Below are positions 19,493 to 29,593 of a DNA stretch of 64,000 nt, piece by piece (position 1 is the stretch's first letter; the number at the start of each line of letters is the position of its first letter). Position numbers and translations under genes: made by a program. This stretch comes from Candidatus Omnitrophota bacterium (lineage in GTDB: Bacteria > Omnitrophota > Gorgyraeia > Gygaellales > Profunditerraquicolaceae). Location of the stretch: contig JAUSED010000008.1 in the NCBI GenBank assembly GCA_030650425.1, forward strand, positions 68,554-132,553, given 5' to 3'. The notes beneath the pieces are model-generated. The model was given only the letters and a program-made list of their open reading frames with translations, did not search any database and was not told the origin of the DNA.

Positions 19493-20371
19493 GTGAGGAA
19501 GGTTATTCTGCTTGGGCATACTGGTTTTGTCGGGTCTCATTTATATAAGTCACTGGTCCAAACTTTACCTGAAGTGCCGCTTGTAGGATCTTCATTCCCG
19601 GAGCTTGACCTGACGCGATCCGAAAGCGTTGGTATATTAAAGGCGTTATTCGATCGGCATACAGTGGTTATCCTTTGTTCAGGCATTAAGCGGCAGTTTG
19701 GCGATAGCCCGGATATCTTTGAAAAAAATGTTGCGATGTGTTTGAATGTTGTCCGGGCGTTAGAGGTATCGCCGGTTGCCAGGATGGTCTTTTTTAGTTC
19801 TATGGCTGTTTATGGGGAAGACATCCATAATATTGGCATTGATGAGAATACGCCCATATGTCCACGATCTTACTACGGCCTTGCGAAATATGTAGGGGAA
19901 CTTGTTTTCGAACGTATCTTCAGCCGTCAGAATGGTTCTTACGTGGCTATACGCCTGCCGGTTATTTATGGTCCTGGGGATGGAGGCAATACCTATGGCC
20001 CGGCCGGGTTCTTGAAAGCTGCGATGGAGGGCCGGGTAGTCACGCTATGGGGCGATGGGGAGGAGCTAAGGGAGTTTATATTTATTGATGATGTTGTCGA
20101 AATTGTTAAACGCCTCTTGACGGTTGAGTATCAAGGTGTTGTGAATGTTACTGCCGGTAAAAGTTACTCGTTTAGGGACATTTTGAATATTCTTGATCGA
20201 CTTTTGCCGCAAGGCGTTCAAGTGGCATCGCGGGCTCGTTCCAAGGATAAGGTGGATAATGCCAGCTGTAACGCCAAAATTCAGCAGTGGACGGGTGGGT
20301 TTGTTTTTACGGCTCTTGAGGATGGTATTCGAAAAATGTTTGAAGTCGAAAAGTCGCGTGTTAAACCGTAG
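19493..20371 (+). CDS. NAD-dependent epimerase/dehydratase family protein (possible NDP-sugar 4-reductase or heptose 6-epimerase-like)
   Basis: VILLGHTGFVGSHL; YGLAKYVGE; GTG start. Confidence 0.55.
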   Translation: MRKVILLGHTGFVGSHLYKSLVQTLPEVPLVGSSFPELDLTRSESVGILKALFDRHTVVILCSGIKRQFGDSPDIFEKNVAMCLNVVRALEVSPVARMVFFSSMAVYGEDIHNIGIDENTPICPRSYYGLAKYVGELVFERIFSRQNGSYVAIRLPVIYGPGDGGNTYGPAGFLKAAMEGRVVTLWGDGEELREFIFIDDVVEIVKRLLTVEYQGVVNVTAGKSYSFRDILNILDRLLPQGVQVASRARSKDKVDNASCNAKIQQWTGGFVFTALEDGIRKMFEVEKSRVKP

Positions 20372-20385
20372 CAGGCAGGTCTTCT

Positions 20386-21582
20386 ATGTTGCTTTGCAGG
20401 GCATGTTATTCCGAGAGCGTTTTCCCAATGCTTGATGTTGGATTGCAACCGTTGAGTAATCGGTTTGTTTGTATAAAAGGCGAAGAGGAGCCGCTTTTTC
20501 CTTTTAAGTGGAATTTATGCCGGCGTTGCGGGCTCGTTCAGTTTGATACTTCTGTGCCGGCTGATGAACTTAAGCCGCGTTTCAATTGGATCACCTACAG
20601 CGAACCCGAAGACCATTTAGATGATATGGTGGATATGCTTGAGGAATTACCTGGAATGACAACAAATTCGCTTCTTATGGGTGTGAGCTATAAAGATGAT
20701 ACAACGCTTCGCCGTTTTGAGAAGAAAGGCGTAACGCGCACAATTCGTATTGATCAAGCGGCTGACCTCGGCATTACGGATAGGTGCGCTGGAATAGAGA
20801 CACTGCAGAATCGTATTATTCCAGAGCGAATGCTCGAGGTTTCCGCTAAATATGGGCGGGTTAATATGGTTATTGTCCGCCAGGTGCTTGAGCATGCGGA
20901 GGATCTAAGGGCTTTTTTAAATGGTCTCAAAGAATTAATTGCGCCCGGCGGTTATGTTGTTATTGAGGTCCCTGATTCTTTACGCGCGATTGAACGTTGT
21001 GACTATACGATGCTTTGGGAGGAGCATGTTGTATATTTTACCCCATCAACCTTTCGCCGTTGCCTTAATGAGGCGGGATTCAATGTGGTGAATTTTATCG
21101 TTTATCCGTATACCTTTGAGGACTCTTTGGTTTGTGTTGCCCAGATCGGAAAACATGGCGGGGTGCAGCAAAAGGAAGAGGTGAAAAAGGCTTTGTTAGA
21201 TGCGGAACATTTCGCGAAAGAATTCAAGGGTTATGGTATTAAATTCAAAAATGCGCTGGAAGCATTTTATCGGGAAAAGGGTAAAATTGCCATATTTGGA
21301 GCCGGACACCAGGCCTGCGGCTACGTTAATTTTTTTGGCCTCACGGATCTGATCGACTTTGTGGTAGATGACAATCCTAATAAAAAGGAGCTTTTTATGC
21401 CGGGTTCGCAATTACCGATTCTGAGTTCCCGGGCTTTGTTGGAACGGGATATTAAACTATGCCTGTTGACGATTAATCCCATTCGCGAAGAGAACGTATT
21501 ATTACGTAATTGCGCTTTTGTTGGTCAGGGGGGCCAGTTTAGGTCCATTTTTTTGTCCAGCCGTCACGCATTTAAGTGCTAA
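20386..21582 (+). CDS. NDP-hexose C-methyltransferase family protein (TylC3/NovU-like: Zn-ribbon + class I MT + C-MT C-terminal domain)
   Basis: N-terminal CRAC...CRRC zinc ribbon; MT core VIEVPD; C-terminal Rossmann-like region (IFGAGHQA). 398 aa. Confidence 0.55.
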   Translation: MLLCRACYSESVFPMLDVGLQPLSNRFVCIKGEEEPLFPFKWNLCRRCGLVQFDTSVPADELKPRFNWITYSEPEDHLDDMVDMLEELPGMTTNSLLMGVSYKDDTTLRRFEKKGVTRTIRIDQAADLGITDRCAGIETLQNRIIPERMLEVSAKYGRVNMVIVRQVLEHAEDLRAFLNGLKELIAPGGYVVIEVPDSLRAIERCDYTMLWEEHVVYFTPSTFRRCLNEAGFNVVNFIVYPYTFEDSLVCVAQIGKHGGVQQKEEVKKALLDAEHFAKEFKGYGIKFKNALEAFYREKGKIAIFGAGHQACGYVNFFGLTDLIDFVVDDNPNKKELFMPGSQLPILSSRALLERDIKLCLLTINPIREENVLLRNCAFVGQGGQFRSIFLSSRHAFKC

Positions 21583-21591
21583 GGAGGTTTG

Positions 21592-22101
21592 ATGGTTTAT
21601 AAAAAGATAAATGACGAAGTTTTGTATTCTGATGAGCAGATCGTTACGGTGAGCGCCTCTGACCTTGCGTTTTTGAAAGAAGCCGCTACGCACAATGTGC
21701 GTAAACGAATTCGTTTATGCACCCATACCGGGGTAAATGATAAAGTCCATGAAATGTTCATTGTCCATATGAAGGGCGCCTATGTTCGTCCGCATAAAAT
21801 TTTAGGTAAGAGTGAGTCATTCCAGGTTCTTGAGGGCGAGGTTGACGTTATTTTGTATGCCGATGATGGCCGCCTGACGCGGGTTATTAAGATGGGGGAT
21901 ATGGCTTCTGATAAGGCGTTTTATTATAGGCTTCCCGAGTCGGTCTTCCATACGCTTCGCGTCCGTTCCGAGGTGGTTTGTTTTAAGGAGGTCACGCTTG
22001 GCCCATTTATCTCTAATGGTACGATTTTTGCGCCGTGGTCGCCAGACCAGAATGATCTTTCTGGTGTGGCGAAGTTCTTAGAGAAGCTTAACGAGGCATA
22101 G
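21592..22101 (+). CDS. cupin-fold protein (possibly WbuC family)
   Basis: Small beta-rich protein with His-containing motifs (HTGVNDKVHEMFIVHMKG) between two C-methyltransferase genes. AGGAGG RBS. Confidence 0.35.
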   Translation: MVYKKINDEVLYSDEQIVTVSASDLAFLKEAATHNVRKRIRLCTHTGVNDKVHEMFIVHMKGAYVRPHKILGKSESFQVLEGEVDVILYADDGRLTRVIKMGDMASDKAFYYRLPESVFHTLRVRSEVVCFKEVTLGPFISNGTIFAPWSPDQNDLSGVAKFLEKLNEA

Positions 22102-22147
22102 ACTTTTAAAAGACTAGGGGAAACAGAGTAAATAAAAAGGAAAAAAG

Positions 22148-23398
22148 ATGAAAAAAGAATATTATAAAAGATCTACCTGCCGTCTATGTGATTCAACAAG
22201 GGTTTACTCCGGAGTAAAATTTGAGGCGACTCCGCCCGGCGATACTTTTGTAACACAAGCGGAGATTAACCGGGCACAAAAGAGATATCCTATTGATGTT
22301 TGTCTCTGCGAGGATTGCGGCAGTATTCAGCTTTTAGATGTGGTAAACCCAGAGATTCTTTATGGCCCTTATCTTTATCAGACATCCATCTCTCTGGGGT
22401 TGCCTGAGCATTTTCGCAGGTATGCAGATGAGGTTTTGGCTGCGGTAGCCATTAAGCCGGGCAGCCTGGTTATTGATATCGGCAGTAATGACGGGACCCT
22501 TTTGCGGTGTTTTCAGGAAAGAGGTATGAAGGTATTGGGGATAGATCCCGCGTCGGCGGCGGTTAAGACTGCCCTTGCAAGAGGGGTTGATACGATTCAG
22601 GCGTTCTTTGACCGAAACCTGGCCAGGAAAATACGCAGCGAGCGGGGAGATGTCGGGATCGTAGCTGCTAATAATGTGATTGCTAATGTTGATGCGCTGG
22701 GGGATTTCGTAGACGGCATCAGAGAACTTATTGAGCCTAACGGATATTTTGTGATGGAAACCGGCTGCGGGGCGTCCCTTCTTGAGAAACGATTAATTGA
22801 TGTGGTCTATCACGAGCACCTTTCTTATTTTACAGTAAAACCTTTGGAGGGTTTCTTTCGTCGGCATGGGATGAAGATTATTGATGCGTATTGGATTCCC
22901 TCTAAAGGGGGTTCGATTCGTTGTTTTGTTCAAGCGGATAAATCTTCGGCCATTCCGAAGCCGTCGGTTAGGGAGATGATTTATATGGAAGAAGATAAAG
23001 GCATTGGCACTATGGATTCGCTCCGCAAGATGGGCGTGTTTATCACGGAAAGAAAAAAAGGGTTAACATCTCTTCTTGATGGTCTTCGGGCGCAGGGAAA
23101 GACGATCGTTGGTTACGGCGCTTCTGTTGGCGTGACCACGCTCTTGTACCTCTTTGGTTTGGATAAGTACCTGGATTATCTGGTTGATGATGATGCAACG
23201 CGATTTGAGCGTTTTTCTCCCGGGCAGCATATCCCGGTGTATTCGTCGGTTGTCCTTAATGAAAAAAACCCCGATTATGTCCTTATTTTAGCGTGGCGCT
23301 ATACAGACCCGATTATGAAACGCCACGAAAAATATATCCAGCAGGGAGGAAGGTTTATTTCACTTTTGCCCGAGTTAAAGATTTTCGGTGTTTCTTAA
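22148..23398 (+). CDS. NDP-hexose C-methyltransferase family protein (TylC3-like), second paralogue
   Basis: CRLC...CEDC zinc ribbon; VIDIGSNDGTLL motif I; same architecture as 20386-21582. Confidence 0.55.
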   Translation: MKKEYYKRSTCRLCDSTRVYSGVKFEATPPGDTFVTQAEINRAQKRYPIDVCLCEDCGSIQLLDVVNPEILYGPYLYQTSISLGLPEHFRRYADEVLAAVAIKPGSLVIDIGSNDGTLLRCFQERGMKVLGIDPASAAVKTALARGVDTIQAFFDRNLARKIRSERGDVGIVAANNVIANVDALGDFVDGIRELIEPNGYFVMETGCGASLLEKRLIDVVYHEHLSYFTVKPLEGFFRRHGMKIIDAYWIPSKGGSIRCFVQADKSSAIPKPSVREMIYMEEDKGIGTMDSLRKMGVFITERKKGLTSLLDGLRAQGKTIVGYGASVGVTTLLYLFGLDKYLDYLVDDDATRFERFSPGQHIPVYSSVVLNEKNPDYVLILAWRYTDPIMKRHEKYIQQGGRFISLLPELKIFGVS

Positions 23399-23419
23399 TG
23401 ATTTTTTGGAGGGAGTTAC

Positions 23420-24571
23420 TTGAAGAAGGCAAAAAGTTTTTTAGAGTTTTATGGTGAGCATAATATTTCTCCTGTTCGGCAGGATTTATCCGATTATCTG
23501 AAGCATCGCCTCCGGAGAGAATGTTTGTATAGGCACTTAGGTTTATTACCGAGTTATTTTACAGGAAAGAAGATTTTGGAATTCGGCCCGGGAGGCGGAT
23601 TCAATTCCCTTATTATTGCGGATTTTGGTCCAAGACAGTATACTTTAGTGGAAGGGAATCCACAGGGAGTAAGGGAGATAAAGGCTAATTTTAAAAAGCA
23701 TCCTTTATTAAATTTTGGCCGGTTCAAGGTAGTTCACTCTAAGGTAGAGGATTATTCAACCAAAGAATTATTCGATATCGCTATTTGTGAATGCATGGTT
23801 CCTCATTCCAAGAATCAGGCGGTCATCTTGAATAAGCTGGATTCTTTATTGCTCCCGAAGGGAGTTATGATTGTGACTTGCGAAGATGAAATATCTTCTT
23901 TTTATGAATTTATTAAGCGGTATTTTGCCTTTCAGCTCGTAAAGGATGTTGTCGGTTTTGAAAACAAGGTTTCTATTTTGGTTGAGGCATTTGAGCGCCA
24001 TAAGAAAACCTTACTCGGTAGCAGCAGGTATACCCGTGATTGGGTTATAGATACTTTTTTAAACGAAGCGGTTTTTAATCCGTTATTTTCCATTAAGGAT
24101 TGCCTTGCCTCTTTGGGGAAAAAATATCTGGTTTACCATACCTCTCCGATGATTTTTACCGATTATCGATGGTACAAATCTATCCCTGAAGATCGCAAAA
24201 GTTTTAATAATTATGTCATAGAGGAATTTGATACAATCCGGCATAATTTATTTTTTACGAATAAAAATTTTAATAAGCGCACAAAAATTAAGAACGATAA
24301 GTTATCTAAGCTTTGCTGGCAAGCCAGGAGGTTAATTTATCTTAATGAAATGAAAGGATTGGATGTAAAAAAAAGCATGCTTGAGGTTATTTCCGGATTA
24401 ATATCTAATTTAAAAGACACAGACAATGACGTCCTTGGGTCTCTAAGGGATATTCGGGAACTCTTGAAGATGAAAATACAAGTTAAGGATATCAGTCAAA
24501 AGTATCCATTGTTTATAAAAGCCTTTGGAAAAGTGTCACAATACATAAGCCTGATAAAAAATCATGAATAA
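23420..24571 (+). CDS. putative SAM-dependent methyltransferase (class I-like) with a long C-terminal extension
   Basis: ILEFGPGGGFNSLIIA motif I. TTG start with GGAGGG RBS. Confidence 0.45.
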   Translation: MKKAKSFLEFYGEHNISPVRQDLSDYLKHRLRRECLYRHLGLLPSYFTGKKILEFGPGGGFNSLIIADFGPRQYTLVEGNPQGVREIKANFKKHPLLNFGRFKVVHSKVEDYSTKELFDIAICECMVPHSKNQAVILNKLDSLLLPKGVMIVTCEDEISSFYEFIKRYFAFQLVKDVVGFENKVSILVEAFERHKKTLLGSSRYTRDWVIDTFLNEAVFNPLFSIKDCLASLGKKYLVYHTSPMIFTDYRWYKSIPEDRKSFNNYVIEEFDTIRHNLFFTNKNFNKRTKIKNDKLSKLCWQARRLIYLNEMKGLDVKKSMLEVISGLISNLKDTDNDVLGSLRDIRELLKMKIQVKDISQKYPLFIKAFGKVSQYISLIKNHE

Positions 24572-25310
24572 ACATATTCTGATTATTGGCGGTACCAGGG
24601 GGTTGGGTAAAGTATTGGTTAAGAATCTTTTAAAAAAGAAATACGTTTTGTCTGTAGTTGGCCGAACAGCCGCCTTCTCCCGGCGCGCTCACCCCGGGAT
24701 AGTTTATTGGCCATATGATTTACGGCATACCCAAAATATCCCCAGGCTTATTTCGCGTATTTTAAAGGCAAAAGGCAAGCTTGACAGCATCGTTTTTCTG
24801 CAAAGATTTAGAGGACAGGGAGACGCTTGGCAGGGAGAAATAGATGTTAGTCTGACCGCAACTAAGATTATTATTGATAGCGCGGCAGGGCATTTTAATA
24901 AAAAAGGGAATAAGACAATTGTGATTGTAAGCTCTATTGCGGGCTCATTAATTGTAGAAGACCAACCTTTAAGTTACCATGTGGGGAAAGCAGCCTTGAA
25001 CCAGATGGTCAGATTTTATGCTGTTAAGTTAGCCGTAAAGGGAGTGCGGGTTAACGGGGTCTCTCCGACATTGGTCCTAAAGCCCGAGTCAAAACAGTTT
25101 TATTTAAAGGATAAGGGCCTCTACAATTTATATAAGGCGGTCCACCCTTTAAATAAAATAAATACGGCGGAAGAAGTAGCCGATATTATTGAATTCCTTA
25201 TGCATGACAAATCCAGGGCAATTTCCGGTCAAAACATTGTTGTTGACGGAGCCTTATCTTTGCAGGGACACGAAAGCCTGGCTGTAAAATTAAATAATTT
25301 TGGGGAATAA
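24564..25310 (+). CDS. short-chain dehydrogenase/reductase (SDR)
   Basis: ILIIGGTRGLGK; YHVGKAAL (YxxxK). Confidence 0.7.
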   Translation: MNKHILIIGGTRGLGKVLVKNLLKKKYVLSVVGRTAAFSRRAHPGIVYWPYDLRHTQNIPRLISRILKAKGKLDSIVFLQRFRGQGDAWQGEIDVSLTATKIIIDSAAGHFNKKGNKTIVIVSSIAGSLIVEDQPLSYHVGKAALNQMVRFYAVKLAVKGVRVNGVSPTLVLKPESKQFYLKDKGLYNLYKAVHPLNKINTAEEVADIIEFLMHDKSRAISGQNIVVDGALSLQGHESLAVKLNNFGE

Positions 25311-25333
25311 AGGTTGGTTAAACGGCGGAGGTT

Positions 25334-26587
25334 ATGCAAAATCTCCATAAAAGGATAAATTTGATTAGGAAGATTTATTTGTTGAGTAAAAAAATTTGTT
25401 TCTTCATTTTGGCTATGCCTTTTATTATGGTTATGTCAATATTACGGCCGTTTATCTTAGTACGTTTAGGGCTTGTTGATATTGGGCGCTTTGGTGGCGT
25501 GTATGACGCCGAATGGTATTTGGCTGAACGGGCTGCGGGTATTCATCAAAAAAGAAGTTTTGATCTATTTTTTTTCTTTCGCTCTACAGGGATTATCTCT
25601 AATCAGTTTTGGGAAAAATTATGGAAACGGACATTAAATGTTTTTCCTTTTTGGCGGCTTGGGTACACTTTATATACATTATGCCATAAATTTCAGGTGC
25701 TTCATGTACATATTATACCCCTGGATGATGTCAGGCCAATTTATGGAAAAGAATATAAGGGATTTATAACACATCATTGTATTTTAAAGCATTACCAGCC
25801 CCCTGTTTTATTTACCCCTGAGGAAGAATTATTGGGGAAAGACGCTTTGGAGCATTTTGGTATTTCGCAGAGCAAGCCTTTTATATGTTTTCATGCAAGG
25901 GATTCTGCTTATTTGGAAAGGATAGCGCCTAATTGCGATTGGCGGTATCACGGTTATAGAGATTCGGATATTAAAAATTATATTCCGGCGGCAGAAGAAC
26001 TGATGCGCCGCGGTTATTATACCGTCAGAATGGGGGTTTTTGTAAAAGAGAAGTTATCTCTTGAAAATCCTTTGTTTATCGATTATGCCATGAATGGCAA
26101 GCGGACAGAATTTTTGGATATATATTTGGGAGCAAAATGCCGTTTCTTTGTCTGTTCTGATACCGGCATATCTATGGTCCCTGAAGTTTTTAGGAGGCCG
26201 TTGGTCTATGTAAACTGGGTGCCTTTACTACGCTGCCCCGCATTCTATGTCCATAATGCTTTATTGATTCCTAAAAAGTTTATTTTAAAAAAAGAAAAAC
26301 GCGAGCTGACATTTCGGGAGATTATTTTTTCACCAATAGGAAGCACGTTTGAAAAGGGAGTTTTTGACCGGATGGGGATAGAGTTAATAGAGAATACGCC
26401 GGAGGAAATTACAGCTGTAGCCTTGGAAATGGATGAACGTTTTAATGGTAGATGGAAAACAACAGATGAAGATGAGGAGTTGCAGCGGCGTTTTTGGAAA
26501 CTTTTTGAGTCGTACGAATTAAATAATCCCGGCGTTAGAATAGGCGCTGAATTTTTACGCCAGCACAAATATTTATTGGATAATTAA
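25334..26587 (+). CDS. putative GT-B-like glycosyltransferase of uncharacterised family (TIGR04372-like), paralogue A
   Basis: CRFFVCSDTGISMVPEVFRRPLVYVNWVP, a GT-B C-terminal-like block shared with the next gene. Confidence 0.35.
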   Translation: MQNLHKRINLIRKIYLLSKKICFFILAMPFIMVMSILRPFILVRLGLVDIGRFGGVYDAEWYLAERAAGIHQKRSFDLFFFFRSTGIISNQFWEKLWKRTLNVFPFWRLGYTLYTLCHKFQVLHVHIIPLDDVRPIYGKEYKGFITHHCILKHYQPPVLFTPEEELLGKDALEHFGISQSKPFICFHARDSAYLERIAPNCDWRYHGYRDSDIKNYIPAAEELMRRGYYTVRMGVFVKEKLSLENPLFIDYAMNGKRTEFLDIYLGAKCRFFVCSDTGISMVPEVFRRPLVYVNWVPLLRCPAFYVHNALLIPKKFILKKEKRELTFREIIFSPIGSTFEKGVFDRMGIELIENTPEEITAVALEMDERFNGRWKTTDEDEELQRRFWKLFESYELNNPGVRIGAEFLRQHKYLLDN

Positions 26588-26595
26588 TAACCCTT

Positions 26596-28188
26596 ATGGC
26601 GATTGTTAAGAAAATTTATTTATTTTTTAAGCATCAGGCCGATGATCTTCAAGAAGGCGGCCTGTGCGTCTTTTTTAGAAAAGTTAAAAAGTTTCCGCAA
26701 CTCTTCCTCTTGCGGATTTTTGCTCCGTTGGCGGTTAAGTGGGGTATTCATTGGCCAAAGGCGTATCTTTTTATGGCCTATAAGTTTATAAAACAATATA
26801 AGACTACGCGTGTAAGCCATCGCGTAAATAGAAAAGAATTAGAAGCCCTTTCCGAGAAGTCTATAAATTATATGAAGAAATATATTGGATATAAACCAAT
26901 CGCGGCTAATTTATCTGACTGGATTAACGCAAACAATGGATTGAGTTTCTTTCTCTGGGATAAGGGCGATATTAATGAAACGATTCAAAGTATAAATAGA
27001 GTCATGGAGATACAAAATACAATATGCCGAGAGCATCAATTGGATAAATTGGATATCGTTTTTATCCCGCGGGCATTTGCGATAGGGGCAATCGGTCCTT
27101 ATGAGAATGTTTACTCATATATTAAGGCAGGAATCCTTGGCCTGCGTCCTCCTCAAAAGATGATTCTGCTGCTGGAGCCCGACGCGCAAGTTAACAACAG
27201 GCATTATTTAAATTATTTTAAGCAATACATTTCAATTATAACGGATACCAGGCTTATTGAGCTGCTTTCTCCTTTAGAGAAGTTTTTGGCTGTTCCTTTG
27301 GGTTTAATTATGCCTATTTACGGGAAAGGCTTTATAAGCCATCTTTCTTTTGGTTTAATTCAAGAGCAATGGCATAAAGAGAAGCGCACGCCGTTGCTCA
27401 CTCTTTTAAATACAGATCGCCAACGCGGCTGGCAGCATTTAATATCTTTGGGGGTTCCTCAGGGGGCCTGGTTTGTGTGTTTGCATGTAAGAGAATCGGG
27501 ATGGCGCGATGAGGGGTCTATTTCAGAAGATTACCGGAATGCCGACATCAATACCTACATACCGGCGATAAAGGCGATTACTTCTGCCGGCGGTTGGGTT
27601 ATTCGTATAGGTGATCCGGGGATGAAGCCATTGCCTGAAATGTCTCAGGTTATTGATTATGCGCATAGTAATATTAAAAGCGATTGGATGGATGTGTTTT
27701 TATGCGCAGAATGCCGGTTTTTTATCGGGACATCTTCCGGGCCATTTACTTTGGCGGTAGCCTTTGGAGTCCCTGTTTTGGTAACGAATCTGCTGCCCGG
27801 GCATGCCCTATATCATCTATCCAGTAAAGATCTATTTCTTCCGAGGCTTTGCTGGTTAGAAGATGAAAAACGTTATCTTAATTTTAGAGAGTTAATCGCT
27901 CCACCGGTAGGAATGGCCAGTTCAAAAACTTCTTTTGAGAAACTGCATCTTAATATTGTGCCTAATGATGCCGAGGAAATTAAGGATTTAGTTATAGAGA
28001 TGTTAGAAAAATGTGCTGGCAAATTAAAATATAGCGATGAAGAAGAAAATTTACAGAGATGTTTTAAAATGATGGCTGCCGAATGCGGCAAACTTTACGG
28101 TGACGAAAGGATCGTTTGTAATGCGCGCATAGGAAGATATTTTTTATCTCGACATGCGCCACTCTTATGGAGGGGACAAAATGATTGA
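26596..28188 (+). CDS. putative GT-B-like glycosyltransferase of uncharacterised family (TIGR04372-like), paralogue B (530 aa)
   Basis: CAECRFFIGTSSGPFTLAVAFGVPVLVTNLLP, paralogous to the preceding gene. Confidence 0.35.
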   Translation: MAIVKKIYLFFKHQADDLQEGGLCVFFRKVKKFPQLFLLRIFAPLAVKWGIHWPKAYLFMAYKFIKQYKTTRVSHRVNRKELEALSEKSINYMKKYIGYKPIAANLSDWINANNGLSFFLWDKGDINETIQSINRVMEIQNTICREHQLDKLDIVFIPRAFAIGAIGPYENVYSYIKAGILGLRPPQKMILLLEPDAQVNNRHYLNYFKQYISIITDTRLIELLSPLEKFLAVPLGLIMPIYGKGFISHLSFGLIQEQWHKEKRTPLLTLLNTDRQRGWQHLISLGVPQGAWFVCLHVRESGWRDEGSISEDYRNADINTYIPAIKAITSAGGWVIRIGDPGMKPLPEMSQVIDYAHSNIKSDWMDVFLCAECRFFIGTSSGPFTLAVAFGVPVLVTNLLPGHALYHLSSKDLFLPRLCWLEDEKRYLNFRELIAPPVGMASSKTSFEKLHLNIVPNDAEEIKDLVIEMLEKCAGKLKYSDEEENLQRCFKMMAAECGKLYGDERIVCNARIGRYFLSRHAPLLWRGQND

Positions 28189-29593
28189 GCCAAAGAATAG
28201 GTTAAAACGTTTAATTAATATTTATCTGGGATTGTTTGTTCTCTTGAGCCTTTTTGCAGTAGTGTACACCGTTTTTACAAACTATGCTGCGCATGAAAAA
28301 ATTCTCAACAAATCTTTAATCGCAACTCTTTCTTTTGCTATTGTCACGGCAGCGCTGTTTTTTTTGGACGCGAAAAAGAGAGCCAATGCCGCGTTAATGC
28401 ATTTTTCGATACTTTTCTCTCTATTTTTAATCAATCTGTTGTTTGAAATTCCGTTAGATCAAGGCAACATTGAACGCGCGGCAAAGCGCACAGGCATTAA
28501 ATGGGATAAAAGAAATAAATATGAGGTTGTAGATGCTCTTAGGAAAAAGGATATTACGGCATTTCCTACTGCATTTTTTCCGGCTTTTGTCGGCGAGGAG
28601 GGTTTCTTTACGGAGAAATTCGGGCTTAAATTGGATAACCTTTTTCCGCTAAGCGGAGTTGCCAATGTTGAAACGGTGCTATCCAATGAAACCGGGGAAT
28701 GGATAATTTATAAGTCGGATAGATATGGATTTAACAATGACGATAGTGTTTATGAAAAAAGCGGCCGGCCTATTCTTATTGTGGGTGATTCTTTTGCGCA
28801 AGGCATAAGCGTTCCTCAAAAAGATAGTGTTGCCGGTAATCTTTTACATAGAGGTTACAAAGCTATCAGTTTGGGCACAGGAGGCAGCGGGCCGCTAATT
28901 GAACTGGCCGCAATAAAAGAGTATGGGCCTTATCTAAAACCTAAAATAATATTGTGGTTCTATTATGAAGGGAACAATTACCTCCATTTACCTAAGGAAT
29001 ATAGGTATCCTGCGTTGAACAAGTATCTTGAGAAGGGATATTCGCAGCACTTAATTAATAGACAGCCGGAGATAGATCAATTTTGGGCCGATTTTTTTGC
29101 TAAAGCAGAAAAATACCTTAAAAACGAAAAGGAGAGTGTTGTATTCTGGAGGAAGGCAAGCTCCAAGAAGCTGCTTAAGGGCTTAATTCTAAGAATGGTT
29201 ACATTACACAATATCAGAAAGATTGCAGGGGTTTCAAGGCATAGCTATCTTTTTGAAGGGGTAGATAGGTCGGGTTTTGACACAACGGAGCCAATGTTCA
29301 GGAATGTTATGAAAATAGCTAAGGAGGAGGCGGAGGGCTTAGGCGCCAAACTATATTTTGTATATCTCCCGAACTATGCAAGTTTTTTTAACCAGAAAAT
29401 TCTGCTATCGCCAAGTTCCCAGACAGTCCGGAAGATTATAGCTGAATTGGATATCCCTGTTATTGATTTTTATAAATGCTTAAAGGATACCGGAGATCCG
29501 AACGAGTTTTTTCCGTTTCGGCTAGGCGGCCATTATAGCGTTAAAGGGTATAATTTATTAGCGAATCTTATTGAAGAGGAGGCGTTAAAGTGA
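28181..29593 (+). CDS. membrane-anchored SGNH/GDSL-type hydrolase or acyltransferase
   Basis: Two N-terminal TM helices, then ILIVGDSFAQG (GDS block). GGAGGGG RBS before ATG 28181. Confidence 0.5.
   Translation: MIEPKNRLKRLINIYLGLFVLLSLFAVVYTVFTNYAAHEKILNKSLIATLSFAIVTAALFFLDAKKRANAALMHFSILFSLFLINLLFEIPLDQGNIERAAKRTGIKWDKRNKYEVVDALRKKDITAFPTAFFPAFVGEEGFFTEKFGLKLDNLFPLSGVANVETVLSNETGEWIIYKSDRYGFNNDDSVYEKSGRPILIVGDSFAQGISVPQKDSVAGNLLHRGYKAISLGTGGSGPLIELAAIKEYGPYLKPKIILWFYYEGNNYLHLPKEYRYPALNKYLEKGYSQHLINRQPEIDQFWADFFAKAEKYLKNEKESVVFWRKASSKKLLKGLILRMVTLHNIRKIAGVSRHSYLFEGVDRSGFDTTEPMFRNVMKIAKEEAEGLGAKLYFVYLPNYASFFNQKILLSPSSQTVRKIIAELDIPVIDFYKCLKDTGDPNEFFPFRLGGHYSVKGYNLLANLIEEEALK

Noticed and set aside
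19858-20435. Alternative-frame ORFs 19858-20088 and 20193-20435 (Arg/Trp/Gly-rich)
   Set aside because: They overlap the NAD-epimerase gene in another frame with biased composition typical of off-frame translation of GC-richer coding sequence. No motifs.
22102-22147. Short palindrome CTTTTAAAAG in the gap before the second C-methyltransferase
   Set aside because: At 10 nt in an AT-rich spacer it is too short and too common to call a site.
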